The notes beneath the pieces are model-generated. The model searched no databases. It was not told where the DNA came from and saw only the letters and a list, made by a program, of their open reading frames with translations. The translations under genes and the position numbers were made by a program. Positions 24,320 to 37,178 of a stretch of DNA of 64,000 nucleotides are shown piece after piece. Within the stretch, counting starts at the first letter, position 1. Every line of letters starts with the position of its first letter. This DNA comes from Chiloscyllium plagiosum (lineage: Eukaryota), in contig NC_057719.1 in assembly GCF_004010195.1 (NCBI RefSeq), forward strand, positions 57,268,246 through 57,332,245. Reading direction: 5' to 3'.

Positions 24320-26950
24320 CACTCAGCCTCTATATAACCATCTGCAACTTCCTTACATCTTCTTCACAATATACTTTCCTACTATATTTGTACTATCTAA
24401 AAGTTTAGCTACCATGCCTTTGTTTCCCTCATCTAAGCCTTTGATGTAAAGTGTAAAATGTTGAAGACCTCGCATGTGCCCCTGCAGAACTCTACTTTAC
24501 ATCCTGGTAATCAGGTAAAGACTCTATCGTACATGTGCTCAGAAGTTAGGGAATTTTGAGAAATTAACACCAATACATCTACCACCTCATTAGCAACTTC
24601 GTTTAGAACCCCAGGATGAAGTCCATCTGTACTCCGTGTGCATGCAGCTCCATCTGTTTACTCAGTACCATATCTCTTGTGATTGCTACATTCCTTTCTC
24701 CCTTGCACTGCGGACTTTTAACTATTACTGGAATGTTTTTTGTATCATCTATAGTACAAGCAGATGCAAAATATTTGTTCACTTTATCTGCTGTTTCCTT
24801 CTTATTTATTCACTTACCATTCTCACTCTCTAGAGGACTAGCACTTCATTTATTCACTCTTTTCTTTTTTAAATGCTTGTAGAAACTCTTGCTATACATT
24901 TTTACATTCCTAGTTGATTCATCTCATAATCAAATTTCTTCCTCCTGATTAATCTTTTAGTCTTTCTCTGCTGTGCTTTCAACTCTGATCAATCATTTGA
25001 TCTCCCATTCATCTTTGCACAGATGTATGGTTTTCCTTAATTTGATGTTTTCTCTAACTTTTTTCGTTACTCATAAATGATGGATCCTCCCTTAAGAATT
25101 TTTCTTTATAGTACAGTAGTAATATACTTATTCTGAGTGTTCTGAAATATACCCTTAAAATATCTGTCACTGAGTCTTTATTGAGTATCCCCTAGCTTGC
25201 TAAACCTATACACAGTTAAAAATCACACAACACCAGGTTATAGTCCAACACCAACAACCTGGTGTTGTGTGATTTTTAACTTTGTACACCCCAATCCAAC
25301 ACCAGCATCTCCAAATCATGCCTATTCACTTCAGCTAGATCAACTTTCATGACCCATGTTTAGGTTTAAAATACAAATCTTCTCCTTTACAAATTGAATG
25401 TAAAGTTTACTCATATTGTGATTGCTGCTACCTAAGAGTGCTTAACTCTGAGGCCATTAAATAATCCTATCACATTACATAATCTTCCAGAACATGTTGA
25501 TCTGATAAACTATCTGAAAAACATATTCTATGAACTCTTCGTCATGACTATTACTGCCAATCTGAAATTTCCAGTTTATAAGTAGATTGCCAACCTTTTA
25601 TCACAAGCACCCAATGTTTCTTCTTAAATTCTTTGTCCGCATTGTGGTTGTTGTTAGCTGGACCTGTAAACCTTAATGATTGCTTTCCCCCACTCTTCTA
25701 CAACTCCAGCCAAACCGATTCTACATCCTGACCTCCTGAACCAAGGTCATCTCCAATGATTGCACAATAACTATTCTTGATTAACAATATAATTTCTCCA
25801 TCATTGTCTAGCTTCCCAAATGAATGTCATATACTCTTGATATTCAAGATCCAATACTTGTCATCCTGCAGCCATGTCTTTTTGGTGGCTATTAAATCAC
25901 ATGTATTTACATCAAAGTCCCCTATCAACTCATTTATTTTTATGAATGCTATGCATATTCATACACACAATTTGTTTTGATTATTCATGTATTCCTAGGT
26001 TTTTTTTTCTCTGTTTCTTTCTGCACAACTCTGACTCTCATTTCCCACCTTTCTATTTTCCTCCCTTCCTCATTTCTACAAGCAGTTCCCAGGTTGCAAA
26101 CAGGTTCTGTTCTGAAGTCTGTTCACAAGTTGATACGTACGCAAGTTAGAACACAGTGCAGAACAATATAAAGGAGCATTCTTAAGTACAGAAAATGTAA
26201 TGTTGGTTCTTTAAAATTACATCCCTATATGAGTTGCATTCGTTAGTACAAGTGTTTGTGAGTCAGACATTTGAAAATTGGGGACCCCACTACTCTTAAA
26301 CATGCCACATCTTTCTCCATTTGATCCCCTGCCTCCACTATTTGTTTTAAAAGCTCTACATTCCTAGTTGTGCAATCCACTGCACTGAGCATGGTCGAAA
26401 TGTAGAACAGCTGAATGCTACAGTTCCCACTTTCCCTAGTACTGGTGTCAGTGGACAACAAACCGGAACCCACTTCTCTCACACAGTCTTTGAGCCATGT
26501 ATTCATCTCTGTACTTTTATGATTCCCAAATAAATTTGCATGTGACTCAAGTAATAATCTAGAGATTATAAGCTTTGTGATTCTGTATTTTTAATGTAGT
26601 GTCTAGTTCCTCATGCTGTCCATGCAAAATCACTTTCTTAGTTCTACCTAAGTTGTTGATATGTAAATATACCACAAACATTCAACCTTCCCATTCCTTC
26701 CCATTCCTTTCCATCCCTGATCAGATGTCCCAAACCCCTGGTACTGGGGAGGCCATCTTGGTCTTTCCTGCACGGAGCAATCTGCTTCACTATACTATCA
26801 TCTATTACTGCTACTGCTACTACTGCTATATTCTTTGTTCATCTACCGACTTGAATAGTTTCCTGTGCTATGGTGACATGGTCAGTTTGCATATCCTCTT
26901 TGCAGTCCCTGCTCTCATCCAGTCAGGCTGAGAGAACCACAATATTGGGC
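24320..26950 (-). mobile_element. Old, near full-length CR1 remnant including the ORF1 esterase-like region
   Basis: ORF 26243-26506 (MNTWLKDCVREVG) resembles the CR1 ORF1 esterase; APE-like AKKTWLQDD on the minus strand near 25860-25890. Confidence 0.7.
25214..25320. repeat. Short palindromic element, probably Penelope-derived
   Basis: Perfect 26-bp inverted repeat 25214-25239 / 25256-25281, followed by TCCAACACCAGCATCTCCAAATCATG. Confidence 0.7.
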
Positions 26951-27288
26951 AATTGAAGAGGCTAACACTCCTGCACTCATGGGTTCCTTTATTTGTCCCA
27001 CTCACAATCACAAACAAAGCTAATGACGTTTGAAAAACCTTTGTTTAACATAGCAAGGGTATGGAATGCACTGCCTGGAAACTTGGTAGAGGTAGTTTCA
27101 ATTGAGGCATTCAAAGGGGAATTGGATGTTATTTTAGATAAGTGTTCAGGAATATGAGGAAAAGGCAGGAAATTGACACTAGTTAGCAGACCCAGACTAG
27201 ATAGTAGACTAGAGTCGATATGGCACGCTGAGCTCAATGACCTCCTTCTGCATTGTCATAACTGTAATATGATACTTGTAGGAATATA

Positions 27289-27597
27289 TAGAATCCCTCC
27301 AGTGTAGAACCAGGCCCTTCGGCCCAACAAGTTCACACCAACCCTCTGAAGTGTAACCCACCCTGACCCATTCCCCTACTATCCTATAATCACTAACCTT
27401 CCTATCCCTGAACACAATAGGCAATTTAGCATGGCCAATTCACTTTGTGGGAGGAAACCGGAGCACCTGGAGGAAACCCACGCAGACACGGGGAGAATGT
27501 ACAAACCCCACACAGACAGAGGCCCAAGGCTGGAATTGAACCCGGGTCCCTGGTGCTGTGAGGCAGCAGTGCTAACCACTGAGCCTCCAGGTTGCCC
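27289..27597 (-). mobile_element. HE1-type V-SINE
   Basis: Reverse complement of HE1, with a small internal deletion. Confidence 0.9.
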
Positions 27598-28325
27598 TAA
27601 ATGTACACCAATCAATTCAAAAGCCACGTTTTTGCAATATAAAAAAAAAGAGAAATGTTTTGAAGCCACCTAAAGAGGCAAAGCATATAGAAGGGAACTG
27701 TAGAAGTTAAATAAATGTATTTATCGATTGAAGAAAGTGTCATGGATATGGTATTTCTTGGTGAAGTGCATGTTCTGGAAATTAGGCTGTACCCAACTGA
27801 AACCAGGCCCAGCAATGCTCGACTGGAAGACAAACTGTTAAACATCTTTATGACTCAAATTGATGATTTTCTCCAGGGAGGTTCTGTGAGTTTGTGCAAT
27901 TTGTTACATAAAAGATCAAAGCTGTATTCAGGATTGGAAGTCAGGGTTTAGGAGCCTTTAAATATATAGATTTAGACATTATGTAGAATAGAGCAGTAAT
28001 CTTACATTAACAATCATATCTAAAAGTTCTATTCATATCCCAGGTTAGGTCATCACAGAAACATTATCTTACATCTAAAAAGAAACAAAGCAGTTCAGAT
28101 GTTTAATTGGACAGTTAAATTGCCTGTATAATCAGACGAGACCCAGCACCAGTTATGATATATTGGAAATAAATTCTGTGCTGAAACATGTCAAAATTAG
28201 AGTCATAGAGTCATAGAGATGTACAGCACGGAAACAGACCTCTCAGTTCAACTCATCCAGGCTGACCAGATATCCTAAATAAATCTAGTCCCATTTGCTA
28301 GCGCCCGGCCCATATCCCTCCAAAC

Positions 28326-29702
28326 CAGACCTGGGCATTTTATGGCCCGCGGGCCATATCTGGCCCTTTGGTCATTCCTGTCCGGCCCACATGAGGTCAA
28401 TCTTAAATTAGAACATAAATGAAAAAGTATTTATGCCTTGCACGCAATACAACTGTGTTGCTTTTGTTTTGAAAAGGATGCCTGTTTTATTTACGTATGG
28501 ACGCACATGTGTGTGTATGTGCATGCGTGAACAGTTAAAAGTGATGCTTGTTGGCTAGCCCTCAAAATGTCAGCTCACGCCAAGACAAGCCGTACCTTCA
28601 GCTGGTCACCTCCACAGGTACTCATCTATGTTAGAAGCACTGCATGGTGAATTTTTTAGACGATTTCAAGACTTTAAAACAGTTGAGAATGAAATGCACA
28701 TGATTTTTTCCCCATTTACATGCAATGTGGAGAATGCACCTAGTGATGTTCAGCTTGAACTCATTGACCTGCAGTCTGACACAGAGTACTTTAGGTCAGT
28801 CTTACTGCTTGATTTTTACTCTTCCCTCAAAGAGGAGAATTTTCCACACATGAGGAGGCGTCCTCAGAAGATCCTAGTCCTCTTTGGATCTACCTATATA
28901 TGCGAACAGACATTCTCAGTGATGAAGTACAACAAATCCAAATAGAGATCCTCTATCACTGATGATCGCCTCTCAGCTGTCCTTCGCATATCCACCTCAG
29001 ACATTCACCCAGATTTCAGTGCACTTGTTCAAGCCCAAATCAGACTGGATTTTTCTCACCAAACAAGTAAAATGAACTGAAAAACATCAAAAGCACTTAT
29101 TGCTTTTTGTATAGAGTTGTTTGTTGTTTGTAATACTGAACAATAATGAAACAACTTTTCATTATTGGTTGTGAGATTAACATGTTAAAAATTAAATTGA
29201 AATACTGAAATTATTGTTTTTTAGATTAGATTAGATTACATTAGATTAGATTACAGTGTGGAAACAGGCCCTTCGGCCCAACAAGTCCACACCGACCCGC
29301 CGAAGCGAAACCCACCCATACCCCTACATTTACCCCTTACCTAACACTACGGGCAATTTAGNNNNNNNACGTGCAAACTCCACACAGTCAGTCGCCTGAG
29401 GCGGGAATTGAACCCGGGTCTCTGGCGCTGTGAGGCAACAGTGCTAACCACTGTGCCACCATGCCACCACTGTTTATTTCTTCTATATTTGACCTACTCC
29501 ACAATTTCATATCTTTATTGTAACAGAATATCCTTATTCTTTGATTATAAGTTTCAATGCAAAACTATATAATTTAGTACTTTTTACAATAGGAGAAAAT
29601 TAATACTGAGTAGAATTATGTTCAACTTATTGTTGGTTCGGCCCTCCAACACAACTCAGGTTTCTCATGTGGCCCCTTGTAAGAATTAATTGCCCACCCC
29701 TG
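28326..29702 (+). mobile_element. Internally deleted hAT (Charlie-like) transposon with transposase C-terminal dimerisation domain
   Basis: TIRs CAGACCTGGGCA / TGCCCACCCCTG; 8-bp TSD CTC(C/T)AAAC; ORF 28628-28945 EFFRRFQDF...QLELIDLQ...LFGSTYICEQTFSVMK. Confidence 0.92.
29221..29470 (-). mobile_element. Young HE1 SINE inside the hAT element (contains an assembly N gap)
   Basis: (TTAGA)n tail, HE1 head, NNNNNNN at 29362-29368. Confidence 0.92.
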
Positions 29703-30790
29703 CTCTAAACCCTTCCTATTCATATACCCATCCAAATGCCTTTTAAATGCTGTAATTGTACCAGTCTCCACCACTTGCTCAGCCGCTCGTTCCATATGCA
29801 CATCACCGTCTGCGTGGAAAAAATGCCTCTGAGGGTCCCTTTTATATCTCGTTCCTCTCACCTTAAACCTATGCCCTGTAGTCCTCAACATTGGGAAAAA
29901 GACTTGGATATTCACCCTATCCAAGACCTTCCCGATTTTATAAACATCGATAAGGTCACCCCTCAGGCTCCAAGGTAAACACCCTCAGCCTATTCAGCCT
30001 CTCCCTATAATTCAAACCTGCCAATCCTGGCAATATTCTTGTAACTCTTATCTGCACCCTTTCAAGGTTAACAACATCTGTTTTATAGCAGAGAGACTAG
30101 AATTGAACACCGGATTCCAAAAGTGGCCTAATCAATATCTGTACAGCTGCAACATGACATTGCAATTTTTATACTCAATGCACTAACCAGTAAAGGCAAG
30201 TAAGGAAGTACCAATTGAGGAAATTTTGAAGGCAAATAAAAAAATTAAACTTTAAGTAGAGAGATATATATACATGTTCAAGTCTTGGATGACCCAAAGG
30301 ATGTGAAATTTGTTTTTTTTAATTATGCTTACTATATCAATCTTCTGGATGGGTATTTAAATATAGTTGTGTTGTAATATTCTTTGTGGGTTTAAATGGG
30401 AAATGTTATTCCTGAGCCTGGGAAATTAAATAGAAGCAATAAATGTTGGATTTGCTGACCCAACATTTTATGTGGAATTCTATACAGAGGCACTGTGTTG
30501 AGTTTGCTTATTGAATACTATGTAGAAATCATTCACTGAGATAATACACATTCTTCAAAAATGGTACTGAGAAAAAGCTAAGGATTAATTTGCTAATATA
30601 AAGGAGATGTTAAGGGGAAAAGAAATCTCAAAATAAAATCAGAATGCTTAATTAAAAGGAACACATGCTTGAAACTGTTAGTTATCATGGAAGAGGGAAA
30701 GTCTGGTATTATGATTGATCAGATAAAATAAGGAAAATCATTTTTAAAAATTATTTTTGTTTTTGTTTGTGTGTGTTAAAAATAATGAGT

Positions 30791-31003
30791 CTGTCAGTTC
30801 TGCGATAACAAGGTAGTTCCATTCTAATGCAATCCTGTGTTATAATAAAACCGTGTAATAGCTACACCATTTAAACTAATGGAATCACGTTGTAACCAAT
30901 ATACGCTTTAAAATTTCACACTTTAGGCACAGCGTCCTCAGTTCATCAATTGTGTTATAGCAAATTTGTGTTAACAAAATGCATGTTAGAGCAGAATGAC
31001 CTG
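30791..31003. mobile_element. pogo-like MITE, second copy
   Basis: Shares CCATTTAAACTAAT and TIR structure with 5136-5342; TA follows the right end. Confidence 0.65.
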
Positions 31004-31545
31004 TATGTAGTTATACTGTCAAGATGCCTGGGTGAAGTGCACTGTCTAATTCAGTTCCACCTACTCTTAGGTGTGAACTCACACCGTTGAACAACTTGCT
31101 TAAAAATATCCTACAGTGCCTAAATTGAGAATGCTAGCACACTGAGGGATTAAATAAGAGATAGGATAAATAAATAAGAGGCCAACGTATATAATGCTGC
31201 ATTCTGTAATTAAATCTATATCAAAAAAATGATTGGTATTCAGCTTCACGTTGAATTAATTTAAAGAAATTGTAACAATTATATAATCCATACCCTAGCA
31301 TTGACACACAACATGTTACTTACCATAAACATGACTTTAAAAATTGAAGACTTATGACACGGGGAAAATTTGCTCCTGAAGGATGTTATTAGCAAAAACT
31401 GATTCAGAGAGGTTATAGAATGTAGGGGAGAAAGGAACATAGATATTTTTAATCAATCTGCTCAGACGTTTTATGAGACTTGTTTGGAATAGGTGGGAGC
31501 TGAAATGGGGCTTTCTGGGCCAGTGGTAGGGGAGCTACCACTGTG

Positions 31546-31671
31546 AGAAAGTGAGGACTGCAGATGCCGGAGATCAGAGCTGAAAATGTGTTGCTGGAAA
31601 AGCGCAGCAGGTCAGGCAGCATCCAAGGAGCAGGAGAATCGACGTTTCGGGCATGAGCCCTTCTTCAGGAA
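31546..31671 (-). mobile_element. Penelope terminal fragment with intact hammerhead core and 13-bp TSD
   Basis: Reverse complement CTGAAGA-A-GGGC-TCAT-GCCC-GAAAC-GTC (31641-31668); AGCTACCACTGTG at 31533-31545 and 31680-31692. Confidence 0.88.
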
Positions 31672-32188
31672 AGGCTCACAGCTACCACTGTGTCAGAAGA
31701 TGGCCCTTAAGATTGGAGAAGGGTACCATATTGACTGGTAGAATGTTCTTTAACTCAACTTTATAGATCAGACTAAGTTAGAAGTCATGATAAATGATGC
31801 ATACAGAGCATGAAACTACAAATGGATTTAGGTGGATTACATAAAACTGTGGCAGATTAAGTACGATGCATTGAAGTGTCAGGTTATCCACTTTGGATTC
31901 AAGACAATTAAGGATTTTCTTTAGTAGTGTGAGACTAGGATCTTTGGATGAGCAAAAGGACGTAGTTGTCCATGTACAAAAATCGCTAAAAGCTAATACA
32001 AAAGATAATTAAAAAGACTAATTGTTATAACCTCAAAAGGGATGAAATACCACAGAGAAGAAGTAACATTTCGGATGTGCAGGGCCTTTGTCAGGCACCA
32101 TCTGGAGACCCATGTTAGCTAAGGTCATTGTACTGCAGGGAATTAATAACTTCTAGGGGTCTGAGTGACGTGGCTACAGTGAGATTAA

Positions 32189-35010
32189 TGGCAGAATTGT
32201 GTGAGAGGCTTGACGAGGACTATCTCTGTGTCAAGGGCAACTCTTCACATCTATCATGCATTTCACAAGCGGCAAGATGAGTTTCTCTCCAGGCAATGAA
32301 AACTTTCCAGGTAAGAGCGATTATAATTTGTTAAGTGACTAATTCATGCTGTGTCTCACCTCATTAATATTCAACTTCCCATTTTACCAGACATGGGAAA
32401 TCTTAACATAGGTACCTGGTGACTTCAGCTCACAGCTGGTTGCATCCGGCCTCCATGCCATTTGGTGCTGAGCAACATCCCAGGCACATACCGCTCAACA
32501 CGGACATTGACATCTGACATTTGTCAACCTCTCAAGGCCATCATGGCACTTTTCTACTTCATTTACAGACGTAGGAAGCACACGCATGCATTGCAGGATG
32601 CACCTACCATTAGCATTGAAAGGCTGTTGCAGAGATGTTTTGCAGGCAGGGACAGGCACCCAGATAACGAGTGCAATTCAGGGGCTGCTCACTTGATCTC
32701 TTAGAGTTCACTCACTTACCACCTATCTGCATGCTCGCTGTATTTATGCCTTGCCTTATCTCTTGCCATTAAATGGAGTTACAGAATTATGTAGCTTGCT
32801 TGGTTGATCAGCAGTCCTCTGTCAAGTGGGGGAGCATACATTTTGCTCTATGGCAGTGGGCTGTGCCAATATGCAGCACAGACCAGCAGCTTACACAGCA
32901 AACGCACTGCCTTAGCAAGCAGCCACGTCTCAAAGTCTTATGGGAGCAGTCCTCACTGAAGTCTATGGAAGCACCTGTCAGCCAGGGGTCCCATCACAGT
33001 GAGTCAAGGGCAGCCTTTCAGACCAGTCCAGAGGATTGGCCATGGTCAGGTGTCTGGTCAGTGGGTCTGTGCCTCTGAAGTGTGGGGAGTGGATCATGGT
33101 TAGTCCTAGAACTCTGTAATGTATAGCATTGGTTGCAGGTGTGGGTGGGGGGAACGGGTGTTGTTGGTATAGGACTAATGCAGAGAACAAGGAGGGCAAC
33201 TGTGATGGGAAGGACGTAAGCTCTTCATTTCTCCTAGAGGTGGTGGTGGATACAATTAAGAGGAATCTTGACAAATATCTGAATCGGCAGGGAATAGAGG
33301 GATAGTTCAGTGTAGAGCCAAATGGTTTTAGTTTAGAAAGCCATCATGTGTTGATACCGTCTTGGTGGGCCAATTGGCTTGTTCCTGTTCTGCACTATTC
33401 TTTGTTCTTTCTTTGTTTTTAAATACATTCACACAGAACCAATGCACTGTCCAGAACACAGTTCTGATCCCTCCTGATCCTAGTTCATTGAACCCTGTTT
33501 AATACATACATCCTTGCCCCAGGCCACCTCGTTCACCCAGCACTATTGGACACACAGGCTAAGAATAGATTGGGGATGTTGAACAGCAAGGGATAATGGT
33601 ATCAGCATAACTCACAACCTTATATATGCCATGTCCCTCTTGCTTCCACATAATGCATAGCGATCAATCCATGATACATACAGTGTGGGCATGAGATTAG
33701 GTACCATGCTGGCATAGTTATGTTTGAGATTACATAGCAACTCAAACAAACAGGTTGATATAAACGCAAAGATTTATGTACAATGCATTGTCCCCGTGCC
33801 ATCAAAGTGCACTCAGAAGGTTTTCTTCCCTGTCTCCTTCCCACTATGTCCGGGGGTGGGAGGGTTAGGGGGTGCGTTTGAGTCTGGGCGGGTCAGACAG
33901 GCTGAGAGGCTTCTTGCCACAGACAAGAGAACCCTCCTCGGCTGGGACTTCTGAGGATTGGTGGAGGGGTAGTCAGGGCGGATGTAGAGGGCCCGGTCAG
34001 CTCTGGAGTGTCCTAACAGGAGACTTCGGAGGGGGCTGTGTGTGTAGTTCCTGGTCCAGTCCATCGCCCGCTGAGATAGGGGCACCTGGAGTGCATGCTC
34101 CCATTGCCTTTCCTTTGGTCCTGAGGACCCATGGTTGAGGTGATGGAGTAGTGGTTTGTGTGTGTCTCCAGTAGAACCTGAGGGCGCTGGGCCTGGCTCT
34201 CCATGGCAGCTGCCAACCTATCCATGGGGGCAGTCAAACAGTCGCATGATCCACTGCCCTGCTGCAACTTCTGAGCAATGAGACCATTTCCTGAGTGCTG
34301 CTACTGTTCCTCCCTGTTCATAGGGAAAAGTCCATGATTACGGACACCGTAGGGCCCTCTCCTGTTTAGAGATAAGCAGGTACCTGGTCCCCAGCAGTCC
34401 TCCAAGTGTCAGCTGCCGAGGGTACGTCTTCCTCAACCAGCAGTGGAGCTGTCACAGTGAGAAGCCCACTGGATTGTGGCCCCACGCTCTCTTAAAGGTG
34501 ACAATCCCACCTTAAGGTGTCAGTACCTGGCCTGCTATTGCTTCTTCTGAGGCCTCGGTACTCTGGTCCTCAAAGTTGGAGGAGGTAGCTTTGGGCAGAG
34601 CCTGCCATTTCGCTACCCAGGTGGTGAACATCCGGCTGATGCATACATAAGAGAGAGAAGGCACTGTGGCCATTGGGTAGAGTGATATTTAATTAATGAG
34701 AATGACACTGGGGTTACTGTGAGAGTTGCAGTGGAATGGAAAATGATACTTACTTTGTTGCCAGCGCCTGTCTCAGCATCCAAGAAGGAGTAATCCCAAC
34801 CTTCTCCTGTGAGAACATGGGATTTCCTCCTGTTTGGCACTAAGAAGTCTCACATCAAGCAGACTTCTGCCCTTTCTGCCCTGGAATGAGGCAAAGTAAG
34901 CTAGTGAGTGAGGTGTAGGGGTATGGCATGATTGTTAATGCTGCTGGAGGTGAGGGAAAGGTGGTGTGAGAGATTGGAAGGCTAGAAAGTGAGTGGGTTG
35001 CAGGTAATAG
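32189..35010 (-). mobile_element. Degraded PIF/Harbinger-like element (Myb/SANT-type accessory gene remnant) inserted in an old CR1
   Basis: Starts TAA|TGGCAGAATT; CR1 sequence 31740-32188 resumes at about 35015; minus-strand MDRLAAAMESQ and QTGG segments resemble Harbinger accessory ORFs. Confidence 0.5.
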
Positions 35011-35449
35011 TGAGCATGGTTTGTTTTCCTACGAATATAGATGGTTGAAGGGTTAATATGAAGAAAGGGTTTGATTGAAAAGTTACACAGGAACTAATTT
35101 CTCTGGTGGGGAATCCAAAGCAAAAGAGCACCCACTGGAAATTAGGGTAAGGTCATTCAGCAGTGGTATCAGGAAACATTTTTTCACATAATCGGTAATT
35201 AAATCTAAATTCTCTGCATTAAAGCTCGATATTTGGCAAAATGAAATTTTTCAAACTGATGCTGACAAATTTCTGTAAGTATGGTTTTCAGGTTGAAAGG
35301 CATAAAAGCTGATAAATAAAAGTTGAGGTTCAGATCAACCATGGTCAAATTGAATGGCAGAACAAACTTATGGGGGTGAATGATCTACTTTTCATACAAT
35401 GTTCCAAAAGATGAGAAGTTCAGAAAACTGGAAATATGGTCAATTTTAA

Positions 35450-35600
35450 CACTGTTGGTTGAGGGATGAATGCTGACCAGGAAACTGGGAGATCTGCCCC
35501 TGCTTTAAATACTGCAGTAGAATCTTTTGAATGCACCTGGTCAGGCAAATGAGGCATCAGTTTAACAATGCTAATTGCAATTTACACTGGGAAAATCTGC
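35450..35600 (-). mobile_element. Deu-domain SINE remnant
   Basis: Reverse-complement similarity to 12420-12785 and 47290-47597. Confidence 0.5.
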
Positions 35601-36101
35601 TTGGGTTTTTCAGGGGTCCACAACATCAGCATGGGTCAACAACAGAATTCAAATTCTGTAAAAGATGAAGATGAAATGCCACAGCTTGTTACATTAAACA
35701 GAAATATTCAAACAGTCATTTATTTTGAACAGTTATTGTGTACTGCAGGCATGATAATTCAGCATTGTTTTAAAAAGTATGACAACATATTGTCTAGGTT
35801 CCTCTAACTGTTTTCTGTTATATAGTCATTTAAATTCACTTTGTTGCTGGGACCCCGGGACTAATATTTAATCCTGGAATCCTGATTCAATCTCGTTATC
35901 ATCGTCTGGTTAATGCACTGCAGAGCACAGTCTCTCTAAGTCTCATAAATAAAGGAACAATGAGGTTATCTTATCTCAAGCTTTTTCTTAATGTTATTCC
36001 CAGCAATAATTTAGTTTCTTTCTTCCCTGCTTGTAACTCCATGCAGTGGATTTAAAAGGAATGACCTTAAATACAGTTCTGTTTGCACTTTACCTCCTAA
36101 G

Positions 36102-36151
36102 CAGCTGCAATGGAGAACAAGGCAAATAGTGGATTAACAGTGGTACCTTTT
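36102..36151 (+). CDS. Candidate host-gene exon B ((T)AAMENKANSGLTVVPF)
   Basis: Polypyrimidine tract and tandem AAG/CAG acceptor (exon start 36102 or 36105), donor TTT|GTAAGT, single open frame; ATG at 36110 in GCAATGG context. Confidence 0.7.
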
Positions 36152-37121
36152 GTAAGTCTGACTAGTCTGTAAAATATGCTCATGGGAGACAAAACAAAAC
36201 CTCTAATTAGTGCAGAAATATAGGCTTTCAGCATACTGTTTTGACTAATATATTTTTCCTTGGCAGGCCAAAGATAATGAGACATTATTCTTTTGATTGA
36301 AAGTTTTGCAAATACAGTGCTGTGGAATTGATCAGATACCGGATATAAATTTCCTCAGTCAACAACAGCTCAGTTACAGAAAAAGAGCTTAATAATAGGG
36401 GGATTTAGGTGGATCTGATTAAAAAGAGAAATAGCTTTCTTTAAAAAAAATCTGAATACAGATGAAGTACTATATTTAAAGTGTCATTCAACTTAGTTTT
36501 AATTCAGTGCCAGAACAGAAGTTAATAAATATCATTTTATGGGAAGATTTTATATACACTAAATTATTTGTTAGAAGATCAGAACATATTGTGTAGGCAA
36601 TCACTTTGCTATGTGGTTTTAAAATTATCTTGTCATAACGTCCATTATGGGGGGGGGGTGTAAGTGTGATACAGTTAATTTCTGCTTTCCCTGAGATGTG
36701 ACCCATGTAGTTTAATTGAGGATCATGTACTGTGCTTGCTAATTAACATTAGGTAATTATAAAATAAAGTTCCATTGCTTTATATGCATTTTTAAACAAG
36801 AGAAGATTACCAACACTATCACATTGCTTTCCTCAGAAGTATTGAGGCCATTCAAAATTAATCAGGCACTGTATAACAAAATGTTGTCAGTATACCAGTA
36901 ATGACTTTGGCTTTCCCTTGGAAACTTCTTTAATGTGACTTAAAAGTAATCAAATTTTAATAGTTAATGACAGTCTGATAGTTAAACACAGTCTGATAGT
37001 TAAAGACGAGTATTAATTTTGGGGTAGGTGGGAGTGTGGGGCAGAAGGAAACTACAGAGAAGGGTTTGGTGCAAAACTCAAGATAATCACATCTCCTGAC
37101 CTTATTTGAATAATCTTCCAG

Positions 37122-37178
37122 CCAAAACCAACCAGGAATGAAGTGGCAGCTGAAGGGGAGGAGCCAGTGTGCTTCTAA
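37122..37178 (+). CDS. Candidate alternative terminal exon (PKPTRNEVAAEGEEPVCF*)
   Basis: Branch-point-like CTGAC at 37096-37100, TCTTCCAG acceptor, phase 0 matching exon B; AATAAA at 37731. Confidence 0.5.
   Translation, partial: PKPTRNEVAAEGEEPVCF

Larger units (their letters stand above)
20300..24320 (+). mobile_element. CR1/L2-group LINE (second family): tRNA-like 5' head plus degraded APE-RT ORF, interrupted by CR1 and Penelope
   Basis: APE motifs LKIHLTNIQRL, ILTELYL, IPGYVLSDRQNR*GGG; RT motifs QFGCHQGHSAPDL, VLDIK, SGISQDSLLGLTIF; head has A-box 20306-20316 and B-box 20369-20380. Confidence 0.85.
28198..30200 (-). mobile_element. CR1 3' fragment split by a hAT element
   Basis: Tail (TAGAGTCA)n at 28198; CR1 sequence CCATATCCCTC|...|CTCTAAACCCTTCCTATTC continues across the insert. 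Confidence 0.9.

Noticed and set aside
28628..28945. GTF2IRD2-like host exon
   Set aside because: Lies between hAT TIRs with an 8-bp TSD, so it is a transposon remnant.
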